DNA of 52,759 nt. Source: Vicugna vicugna (taxonomy: Eukaryota). Position numbers and translations under genes: made by a program. The notes under the pieces were generated by a model. The model saw only the letters and a program-made list of their open reading frames with translations. It was not told where the DNA came from and ran no database searches. The DNA lies in assembly GCA_013265495.1 (NCBI GenBank), contig MU058294.1:124001-176759 (forward strand), in the 5' to 3' direction. Position 1 is the stretch's first letter. The number at the start of each line of letters is the position of its first letter. This document shows, in pieces, positions 42,219 through 52,295 of this stretch.

Positions 42219-42869
42219 CTCTACAGTGGTCTGAGGCATCAAATAAGGGGAAAACCAAACTCTTCATGCCATTCCAGGCAGCAGTCTAGAAAAGAAAAGA
42301 AAAGAAAAAACAAAAGAAAGGAAAAGAAAGCAAAAGACAAGACCACACTTCTACAATTCCACTTAAATCTCTTTAACCAAAACTAGTTTCATGGCTATAC
42401 CACACAGCTTATACTTCCACCCTGAAACCTCTAAGCACTTTAGAATGGAAAGAGATCTGTTCCCTCTATTTTTAGTTTATAAGTGGCCTTTTATTCTCAC
42501 TGTCCTGGACTTTCTCCCACAGCATGAGTGAAATGCTTTGCCAGATGGTGTGGGAAAGATTTTGATAATCATTACTTCACCTATTCTGAAAATAAAAGTT
42601 TCTGCAGCTTCTGGCCCAATGTTTTGTACATTTCACATGTCTTGAAAAGAAAGTGTGGTTACAGGTTCTAGTATAGCTTGTCTTTTTTAACAAAATTATT
42701 CAGGAAGACCAATAGCAATCTAATTTATATACAGCAGTAAGGTGTAGGTCTAGATTTTTTTTGTTTCTAGATATGCATATTTTGCTGCATCTGGAAAACT
42801 TATAGATGATAATAGAACTTTATAGCTCTAGAGACCATGGAATATGATTTCCCATTTTCTAATATCACA

Positions 42870-43040
42870 GGTCATCAAATAGAAGATGCCATTAATTTTA
42901 AGATGCACTATTATTACATTGCATACCACTAAAAGAAAATGTGCGCCAATTGGAAATGATGTACCCTCAGCCATAAGACATATCTCAATTTGAGAGACAT
43001 CAAAATGTGGAAAAGGTGTATCTTAGAATTGATAAAATAC
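42870..43040. mobile_element. MER104/Kanga-like Tc2 DNA transposon relic
   Basis: Termini 'catcaaatagaagatgccattaattttaagatgcac' and 'catcaaaatgtggaaaaggtgtatcttagaattgataaaatac'. Confidence 0.55.
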
Positions 43041-43266
43041 ATTATTCTGTATTACTTTTTCCTATTTCTCAGAGAAAAGTCATGTGTCATGTTATTCTAT
43101 AAAAATCCTTCCATAATAATGTAATAAGGTATGCACATTGGACAAAACACATAAATAGTGAAAAAAGTAGGTTAAGGAAGTAAGCCAAAATTGTATATAA
43201 TTCTAAGTTTCTTTTAGGTTATAGGTGCACTGGTGGACAAGATTTTTTTTAATCCTATGTTGTCAA

Positions 43267-43355
43267 TTTTTTTTTTATTTTTTTTTTATTGACATACAGT
43301 TTACAATGTTGTGTCAATTTCTGGTATACAGCACAATGCTTCAGTCACACATGAA
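43267..43355 (-). mobile_element. Very short L1 3'-terminal insertion with poly(A)
   Basis: A T-tract followed by 'acagtttacaatgttgtgtcaatttctggtatacagcacaatg', the reverse complement of the L1 tail at 48600-48660. Confidence 0.8.
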
Positions 43356-44566
43356 TTATGGGGGAAAATTATAAAAGATAGTGTAATGAATGAAAATTAA
43401 CTGGATTTCAATTACTTATGAGTATTTGTTAATGGTAAAAGGGAAAGAGAACGCCTTCTTCGATAAAAAGGTAGGAAATCAATTTTTTATTTGGGGAAAA
43501 TAATCTTGGGGTCAGATCACATTTAAGCTAATCTGTGTTTTCTATAAATTCTACCTATAATAAATTCTTTCTGTAATTCTACCTATGTAATAAAACTAGA
43601 TGAATCCTATGATTGCTTAGAGGCACTATAATATCCTTCAGTATAAAAAAGAAAGTCAGTCATTGTCCTTATACTAAATTTGCTGTTTTAGAAAATGGGT
43701 GGGGGAGGCAGGATGAGAAAGACTTTTAGCTAAGAATATTAATTTTTTCTTGAACTGAAGTATTTCATAGAACAGCTTAGTCACCGAAGTTTTTTCATAG
43801 GTCCAGTTTTAGGAAGAATGACTTATTAGATAAGTAAAATGCCTAGTCAAAATAGAAATTACACCTAGAAAAGGTTTTTTGCTAAAAGCTGAAAAGTGAT
43901 TAAGACTAAAAGATCAGGAAAAACAAGGCAGTGCATATGCCATAGCTGTGTTGGGCAAGAGCCTAATAATGCTTTTGGCTGCAAAACCTCCCAAGCATAG
44001 TTCCAGGGCCGGTGAACTCCCTATTTGCACGGAGCGGCCATCAGGCTGCTGAAGTTATCAAAATTCCAATGTACTATTTTAGTAATTCTGTTTAACCCTG
44101 TGAACATCAATGCAGAACTGAAGAGAGAAAACACACAAGGCACTAATGCTTCCTTATCAACCAAATGCAAAATAACACCAACATACTTCTCAGCATCCCG
44201 GTATATTACAAATTCAATAAAACACAGTGCTTGTTGGAAAAGGGTAGCCTTAAAATCCTCAACAGTGAACAACAAACTGCTGCTTTTCTGAAGTTGAAAG
44301 TAAAATTTGACTTATCCGGGAGCTGAGTCTGTAAAATCACTCTAGTGAGGGCATTAGTTCCCTCCCCGGAGGGTAGGCCTAAACTCTTGTCATTTACTTA
44401 GCAGTCTTGGAAATCCCATTTCTGCTCCCGAATGCATGTTCTAGAAAGTGGCAAGAAAATGCTGTACCACTGTTTCATCACACTAAATAGCCTTCTTTGA
44501 AGTTGTAAAGCCAACTGGAGAGGTAAATCAAAGACACGTTGTTCTTTTAAGAGTAAGGAAAGAAGA

Positions 44567-44690
44567 GGGGAGGGTGTAGCTCAGTGGTAGAGTGCATGCA
44601 TAGTATGCATGAGGTCCTGGGTTCAATCCCCAGTACCTCCATTAAAATAAGTAAACCTAATCCCTCCCTAAAAAATAAAAAAAATTAAAA
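44567..44690 (+). mobile_element. tRNA-derived SINE (Vic-1-like) with intact A and B boxes
   Basis: ggggagggtgtagctcagtggtagagtgcatgcatagtatgcatgaggtcctgggttcaatccccagtacctcc and an A tail. TSD aagagtaagga at 44549 and 44691. Confidence 0.9.
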
Positions 44691-45039
44691 AAGAGTAAGG
44701 AGCGTTAGGATGCCTAAAGATTGGTACCTTGAGGGAAATTACACAAGTATATTGAGGCCCTTGGTTCAGAAACCTGTGAAACAGCTTCTTGTTGAATTTT
44801 AAGTAAACTTACCTTATTTTGAAATGGAGTTCTCATTTCCATTAGTATATATACTTAATTCAGTATACATTGAGAGGGCTTTCTCTAAATACCCTGTGAA
44901 TAAATGACCATGATAAAGTCAAACACTGAATATATATGAACATGATCCCCATTTAAATGAGCATACATTAGCTGATTTCAGCATTATAATCAGAACTTCA
45001 CAAGTTAAAGTGACACATTTAATTATGTATATAGCCACA

Positions 45040-45210
45040 GCATTTAAATTGAAAGGAACCAACAAGTAACCTAGTCTAACCCCTTTTAATTTACAGATGA
45101 GGAAACCAGTTTAGAAAGGCTGCCCATGGTAAGACCATAGTCAAGAGTGTGGTCCAGGCTAGGGCCAACATCTTCTGTCTTCAAGGCCAGTATTTCTTCC
45201 ATGATCCACT
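45040..45210. mobile_element. MIR SINE remnant
   Basis: 'ctagtctaaccccttttaatttacagatgaggaaacca...tgcccatggt' MIR core. Confidence 0.6.
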
Positions 45211-46289
45211 ATCATTACAGGCCATCAAAATAATTAGGAATGAAACTAAACCATTATATACATTATGAATTACTATAAATCATATGACTTTAATACAGCT
45301 AAACTAAGAAAGCGTATGTTTAGATAGGGACAGTATTTAGGAAGATAGAAGCTATGATACAGAATATATACTGAGCTTTCTGTGTGATGACAGTTCTTCA
45401 CTTAGTCTTTATCGAATCCCAAAGGAGATACACTTTACTATTCACAGTTTACAGATGGAAATAATTGAGACTCAGAAGTCTCAATAGCAAAAGTCCATCT
45501 AAAAACTCTTTGACCCATTACCCAGGTAGACAACTCTGTGCTGTACCTGCAGGTTACCTCTTCAACCACTACCAGTACCCACGAGAGACATAAGACATGG
45601 TTGGCCTAGAGCAAGATGGTAATTTCTCTAATGCTGTGTGAATCATCCTCTTTTGCTGAAAGCAGAGATCTGTACCGGAATCTCTGATGGAGGTGTGTGG
45701 GCATATGTTTGTGAAGGAGAGAAAGTGAAGTGACCCCTCAGGAGTCAGTGACTCAGTGACACCAATGTTCATTACATTAGTTTCTAAAAAGGGGTTTCCA
45801 CACTATTGTGATCTTTCCTTCATTACCCGATTGCCTTTTTTTTTTAAACCAAACTGCAGGTCTGACATTCACCTGGTTTCCTCTTCTGCATGTTACACTC
45901 CTATCAGTATCATTTCCACAAGATACTGCATTTATGTGTATCGGCACTGTTTCCAGAGCCGCCTTGTGGCCCATTTGGAGAGGCCACCTAAGAACTCATA
46001 GAACAAGGAGTTATAAAGGTATCTGGATATCATCAAGTGTATTTCCACATTTTAATTGTGCAGAAACTGACTGTCAGGTAACACAGCCACTCAGAGACAA
46101 AACTGGGACTTGAGGCAAAGTTGTAATTCAAGTCTAATACTCTTCTCTCTATATAACATACTTGATTACATGACTGGCCTAAAAGAACGAGTGTCTACCA
46201 CTTATTTGGCCAAATACGTTAATTATTTCAAGCCAATAGCAGGTTACATTTTTAAATAACAGAATAAAAACAAAATTGGTGATCAAGAG

Positions 46290-46500
46290 ATAGCGGCATA
46301 GGGTAGTAGAAAGTACAGACTCATGACTAGGTAGATCTAAATTTGATTCAGGCTCCCTAATTCACTAGCTATGTTCCCTTAAGCAAGTTGCTCAACTTTT
46401 TGAAGTTCTAACTACCTGAGAATACTAAAAATTAAATGCAGTGGGATTTATATCTAAAGTATCTGACATGTAGTAGATGCTCAATATGTATCAGTTCCCA
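46290..46500. mobile_element. MIR SINE remnant
   Basis: 'ttcactagctatgttcccttaagcaagttgctcaacttt...acatgtagtagatgctcaata'. Confidence 0.55.
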
Positions 46501-47688
46501 TTAATTCTAACACACCCCGAAGAGCTACGCCACCCTAGCAAATTCCTTTAGCCCTTTGGGTATGTTTCTCCACTGTGCAATGGGAAGAGGAAAGACATCA
46601 AATGAATTCCAAAATCCCTTACTGCTCATCAAGTAAGAATTAAGTCTCAAAGTTTCCTTTACCTTAATTTAAATTCAACAAATACTTGTATTCATCCTAG
46701 GCACTGAACATTTCCAGCCACCACCAGGAAGGTAACTATGGTTTAGCAAAATGAGACTCAATTCCATAGTACTTAAAGTTCCACACAGAAAAATTAATAT
46801 GCAAAACTAAAGGACTTAACTTTAAAGAAAACTCTACGAAGACATCACAAACCTAATGTGATAAATAAAAGTAATTTAGGGTATACCTTAAATTATTACT
46901 CTCACTTTTTTTTTTTTTTGCTGGAATGGAAGATGAGACCTAAAATAGTTACACTGTTAAGTCTATAACAAAAGACGCATGAGCCATTTAGGTAAAGCAA
47001 CTAACGCCACTTTTGGGGGGGGAAGAAAAAGAAATGAGCAGTAAATTTCTCTTCCCATGGGAGTTTTATGCCAGGCCTTAGAATTTAAGAAACTTGTATC
47101 ATTCTGAAACAGAGGGGAATAAAATTTATTCTGAGAGGTGTTTTACAGTGATAAGCATAAATATAAGACGATAATTGAGCATGTTCTCCACATTACTTTT
47201 GAATTTCATGTATCGGATTTATACTCTCTAAAAATAAAATGTAATTTAAATGCTTGAATTTTGTATGCTAGACCTGAGGAAACTGTAGCTGAAATATTAA
47301 CTGAAATTAAATGAAAATCTTAACTACAAAGTTTCTTCTCTTCTTCCATGAGGAAATCATTACCAATAGATTTTTTGATACTAATTTTTAAAAGCCTTAT
47401 TTTTGCAAATAACATTCTGTAGATTCAAAATGTATTTAAAATCATGATTAAGAGCTCCCATGGCTTCCCAAAAATTCATTTGTGGTTTACCCTGTTACCA
47501 TACCTGTCATATACTATTCACTTACATTATAAAATTTTAGAATACACATCTTAGATGATAAAACATCAACAATATAAAAAACCTTTCCCTTTTATGAGTT
47601 TGAAGAGACAGAAAAGACACATTGAAATATTTTTTCTTAAATGTTTGAAGTAAACAATATAATATTTTTTTAAAAAATCAGCAGCTGT

Positions 47689-48665
47689 ATAAACAGCTCA
47701 TACAACTTAAAAAAACTAACTATCCAATCCAAAAATGGGCAGAAGACCTAAGCAAGCAGTTCTCCAAGGAAGACATACAAATGGCTAGTAGGCACATGAA
47801 AAAATGTTCAATATCACTAATTATCAGAGAAATGCAAATCAGAACTACAATGAGGTATCACTTCACATCAGTCAGAAAGGCCATCATTAAAAAGTCCACT
47901 AATGATAAATGCTAGAGGAGGTGTGGAGAAAAGGGAACCCTCCTACACTATTGATAGGAATGTAGTTTGGTGCAGTTGTTATGGAAAACAGTATGGAGAT
48001 TCCTTAAAAAAACTGAAAACAGACTTTCCATATGATCCAGCAATCCCACTCCTAGGCATATATCCAGAAGGAACTTCAATTCAAAAAGATACCTGCACCC
48101 CAATGTTCATAGCAGCACTATTTACAATAGCCAAGATGGAAACAACCTAAATGTCCATTGTCAGATGACTGGATAAAGAAGTTGTGGTATATTTATACAA
48201 TGGAACACAATTCAGTCATAAAAAATAATAAAATAATGCCATTTGCAACAACATGGATGAACCTAAGAGTGTCATGGTAAGTGAAATAAGCCAGAAAGAG
48301 AAAGAAAAATACCATACGATATCACATATGTGGAATCTGAAAAAAAAAAAAAAAAAGACAAACTTATTTACAAAACAGAAACAGACTCACAGACATAGAA
48401 AACAAACTGATGGTTACCAGTTGGGGAAGAGCTTAGGAAGGGGTAAATTGGGAGCGTGAGATTCACAGATACAACTACTATATATAAAGTAGATAAACAA
48501 GTTTCTACTGTACAGCACAGAGAACTATATTTAGTATCTTGTAGTAACCTATAATAAAAAATATGAAAATGAATATATGTATGTATATGTATGACTGAAT
48601 TATTGTGTTGTATACCAGAAATTGACACAACATTGTAAACTGACTATATTTCAATTAAAAAAAAA
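47689..48665 (+). mobile_element. Relatively young 5'-truncated LINE-1 (ORF2 C-terminus, 3' UTR, poly(A))
   Basis: ORF 47902-48150 (PYDPAIPLLGIYP...KDTCTPMFIAALFTIAK) is the L1 ORF2 C-terminus. TSD aaaaaatcagcagctgt (47672) / aaaaaatcaacaggtgt (48660). Confidence 0.93.
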
Positions 48666-49439
48666 TCAACAGGTGTGTTATATGGGCTTTTTTTTTTCTT
48701 TTTGGTCCTAAAAGATGATAGAGAGTAAACTATGCCCCCAACATAAGTTGTGTGCAGAGGTCCAGAGAGCCACAGAAATGTGCTTTAAGCATATATTTAT
48801 GGCAAGCATAGTGTGAACCAGAGGCAGAAGGCCTGGATCCTATTTCTGTTGTTAAAAACTTGATATGTGATTTTTGGGCAAGTCACTCCACCTTTCTGAT
48901 CTGCTCCTTTATCTGTGAAACAGGAGGAACCATCTGACCTAGGATTTCTTCCAGTTCCTATAATTAACATCTGTGTGAATCCTCAATACTGCACCTGAGG
49001 GGCACAGGACATGGGCAGAAGCACTCACAGGAGAGCGCTTACTCTGCTGGTCATGCATGCTGCCAGGACGGGCCGGATTCTGCAGAGAGCCGGACACTAA
49101 ATGGCCTGGCTTCATGCCTTGGTCAAAGAACACCATCGATGACTATGAGGGCACTTAAAGAGACTCAGCAAGAAACAAACTATTTTCTGAACATAGTCCA
49201 AGAACTAGGTAGGGGGTATGTGAGCCTTCACAACCTCAGACCCCTTGTGTTTCCAGCCTTTTATCTTGGCTAGCAGAAGGCCTGAGTTCATTTAGGTGAC
49301 CTGTACTTTCTAAGCCTTCAGAGACATACTTCTGAAAATAAATGGTTCTCATCCCCAGCCCCTTGTCTGACCCTTGAAAATACATATACTTTTACACAGC
49401 AGCTATAATACATGCAGCACTCAGGACACCTTCATTAGA

Positions 49440-49670
49440 CAGTTCAGCATAGTGGTTAAAGTATGAAATGAGCACAAATCCTGGCTCTACTACTTAGCTG
49501 CTTTGTGATCTTGGGAAAGAAACTTAATCTCTCTGTTCTTCAGGTTCCTTTTTGGTAAAATAGGGAAATTAATAAAACCTAATTTCATACAATGTTGTGA
49601 GGATTGATCAAGATAATGCATGCAAAGCAGTTAGCATGGAGCGTAACATAAAATATATGTTAGTAAGAGA
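49440..49670. mobile_element. MIR SINE
   Basis: 'cagcatagtggttaaag...aaatcctggctctactacttagctgctttgtgatcttggg...acttaatctctctgttcttcaggttcc...gtaaaataggg...gttgtgaggatt'. Confidence 0.75.
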
Positions 49671-50019
49671 TAGATAGATAGGATCCATCTTTCAATCCTG
49701 GGACCTGGGACTCCCTGAAAAGGCTTATGTGAAGGCCAAAAGCAATTTTCTGGAAGTAAATGGCATCTGCTGATCTTTCCTCTTCTGAGCGAACAATATG
49801 GCAAAGATTCAAAGCTAGGCTCAGCTCTTACTAATAGGATCCTGCAGGAATCAGGAGGAAATGAGATTATCCTTAAAGTAGGAAAGAGTTATGCTGGTTT
49901 CAGACAAGATCCTTGTGAAAGAGATAGAAGGACACACACACACAAAAAAAAACATTTAATATGGTCCTACAGAATCGAAGGAAAGGGCTGCTTTTCATTT
50001 ATGCCTTCTCAAGCATTGC

Positions 50020-50200
50020 CAGTATTAAAAGCTGCAGAATTTTATAACTGGATGGCTCCTTCGAGACCATCTAGTTTAACTCCCTTACTTGATAAGTAGC
50101 TGAGGCCCAGAAAGATAAAGCAACTTATTTGAGGTCATTCAGCAGTAAATGACAATGCCAAGACAAACAAGTTTTCTGACTCCTCCCATGTGCCACCCAG
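50020..50200. mobile_element. MIR/MIR3 remnant
   Basis: 'gagaccatctagtttaactcccttacttgataagtagctgaggcccagaaagataaagcaacttatttgaggtca'. Confidence 0.6.
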
Positions 50201-51392
50201 TGCTCCTGCTGGTATCTTTCACCAAGTCATCATCCTGTCCTTGTGCCAAAAGGGCATTAAAACGCGCACGCACACACACACGTTTCTCACTTTTGCCCAG
50301 TTTCCCAAGAGATAGAGAAGCAGCTCAACCCCTAAAACCTTCTTCCCACTGGGATTTGAGGAGGATTCCAATCTATACCCTCTCCCAGGCACTCTTTGGA
50401 GTTTCAGCTCTCCTTTCTGTTCACGTTCACTCTTAAGGGCTCTTAGGAGTTCCTCACCCCAAAGATCAGGCACATCTCAGAGCATAAGTTATCACCTGCT
50501 AATTTGTAACTTTGCACCTTCCCACAAATGCTATACCTTCAGGCAGGAAAATACAGAACTATTATTGTTTCCTCCAAGCTCCCTAATTGAATTCAGTGAG
50601 AACTGATCCCTACCTCCCTAGGATAACTCAACCAGGTTTGTTTATATACTGTCTGTATGTGAAGGGCAGGAGAACCCTTAGGTATGCCTAACTCTGAAAG
50701 CAAGAAAAGGAGGGAACCAAGGAATAGAAGATGGATTGGGGGAAGGAGGGAGATGAGTAGAAGGAACACAGTGACCAAATTGCAAAGCCTGGATCCTGGG
50801 GACAGCTATACTGTGAGACTGACTCCCCGCTGAGGAGACAGAACTGCAGAGGGGATTGCACCGTTTTCATTATGCGCTCTGGTAACTGACTAACAACAAA
50901 CTGGTGCCCCCAAACTACACATGTAGGAGAAAGCGGGCAAAGGCTATCCCATAGTAGCCGAAACAATGAACTCTTTTCCCTCCCTCTCCCTTCTCCACTC
51001 TCATGAGAGGCTTGTCACTCTGCACCTTGCTGCGTACCCTGAGCTCACCAGATTTCAGTGCATCATCCCTGTCGGGGAACTCCTCTCTCTGATCTCCGGA
51101 GGGTTAGAGAGAAACAGAGCATAGCTCAGCTCTACCAAGAGCTGCCCGTCCTTTGCCACTTGCCAGGGAACTGACTTCAGAGAACGGCTTTCATAGAGTG
51201 TTTGAAACTGACAAACGCGGGGAGCTTCTTGTCCCTAAGCACATACGCCTGCCTGGGGTGTCCCTCGGCCTGGGTCTCTGCTTTGACAGTGGGAGGCGTT
51301 AAGTGTCACAGCCATGCATTCCTTCCCCACACGCTCAACTAACCATGAAACCGGAAAGAAGACGTTGCTTTTATCTTTTTTTCCCTCCTTAC

Positions 51393-52295
51393 CTTAATTC
51401 CGGGACCAGGTTAGGCTGCAACCCGTAGAAAGCAGCAGAGACAGTGACCAGCCACCCGGGCTTGTAACTCTTGTTCTCGCACTCCAGATAAGGCGAGGAC
51501 CACTTGACATGGCTCTTGTCCCCGCTAAGTCCGTCCCTGCGCCGCCAGCTATGGCCCAGGCCCCGGGGCCCCCGATTGGAGCCGCAGCGGTGTAAGTGGG
51601 TCCTCCACTTGCGCCGGAGGCCGTGGAACCACTCGGTCTCCAGCGTGGCGTTGGCCAGGTGGTGTGCCGAGGAGGACAGGTCCTGGAGCAGTATGCGACT
51701 CTCCTCACGTGTAGCCTGGAGGAAGACCTGCGGGGCCGGCGCGGACAGTGACTCCGTGCTGAAGGTGATGGCCGCCCGGGAGATGCTGGACTCACCCTCC
51801 AGGAGGCTCCGCACTAGTGCCCGGTACCACTCCAGGTCATCCTGCAAGTTCTGTTCCCGCGACTTATTGCTGTGCAGCATCATGTTGAGGAAGTTGGTGG
51901 CGTGTGTCAGCGTGTCCAGCGCCCCGTGCAAGGAGGGATGGGAGCTGGCTAGGGCAGGCGACTTTCCCGGCAGGCCCGCCAACTCGTAGCGACTGGAGCA
52001 GTTGGCTCGCTTCAGCTGGTGGGAGTCCCCGATGTAGAGGTTAAGAGGCCATGTCCATGGGCACGTCCTTGGCGAGTTTCAGCGCCAAGATGGTGCCGTC
52101 GGTGGAGCGGCTCCAGGGAGCTGAGGCGTCCGAGGCAGAGGCTCGAGCCCACTGTTGGGAGTGCTGCTTCGCCCTCATGGTGCTCTCTCGAGGGGAATCC
52201 GGCCAACCCGGAGGGTCGCAGCTAGCGGCAACAACTCCCAATCCCAGATGAACGAGCAGGAAGCAGAAGAGTAAGGGGTAGGCCATGGGTCCCAT
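51393..52295 (-). CDS. GPR158: GPR158 coding exon 1 (signal peptide and extracellular Cache domain, codons 1-301), disrupted by a +1 insertion at codon 85
   Basis: ORF 52295-52041 (aa 1-84) and ORF 51982-51389 (aa 105-301) are collinear GPR158 pieces in different frames (offset 313 nt, 1 mod 3). The minus strand reads GCC TCT TAA C CTC TAC ATC GGG GAC TCC CAC CAG CTG AAG. ATG to donor is 903 nt, i.e. 902+1. Donor is AG|GTAAGG at 51393/51392. Confidence 0.95.

Larger units (their letters stand above)
24907..52295 (-). pseudogene. GPR158: GPR158 locus (exons 1-2 and intron 1; intron 2 continues past the window start), apparently disabled by a frameshift/stop in exon 1 and a nonsense codon in exon 2
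   Basis: Translations match the GPR158 N-terminus (MGxMAYPLL..., WSRSTDGTILA, LDTLTHATNFLN, SISRAAITFST, YLECENxSYKPGWLV, GVMKVDINLQKVDID). The exon/intron structure is canonical. Two ORF-disrupting lesions are read directly from the sequence. Confidence 0.85.

Noticed and set aside
44567..44640. tRNA-like sequence (also at 30068 and 33617)
   Set aside because: A-rich tails, TSDs and multiple diverged copies identify these as tRNA-derived SINEs, not tRNA genes.
51742..51763. REST/RE1-like half sites (TTCAGCAC ... CTGTCCG on the minus strand)
   Set aside because: The half-site orientation is non-canonical, and the sequence is explained by the codons for F-S-T-E-S-L-S.
51389..51982. 197-aa ORF as a stand-alone intact gene
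   Set aside because: It starts at TTG (Leu105 of GPR158), and its 'stop' is the TAA inside the GTAAG splice donor. It is the post-frameshift part of exon 1.
51504..51989. 161-aa + strand ORF and the other overlapping ORFs at 51394-52251
   Set aside because: These are antisense or alternative-frame shadows of the GC-rich GPR158 exon, with no recognisable protein.
52036..52050. Programmed frameshifting or stop readthrough as a rescue mechanism
   Set aside because: There is no slippery sequence, and a second stop in exon 2 plus missense decay would still have to be overcome.
51393..52295. Identity as the paralogue GPR179 or as a processed retrocopy
   Set aside because: The N-terminus and exon 2 match GPR158 as recalled, and a real 26-kb intron with canonical splice sites excludes a retrocopy.
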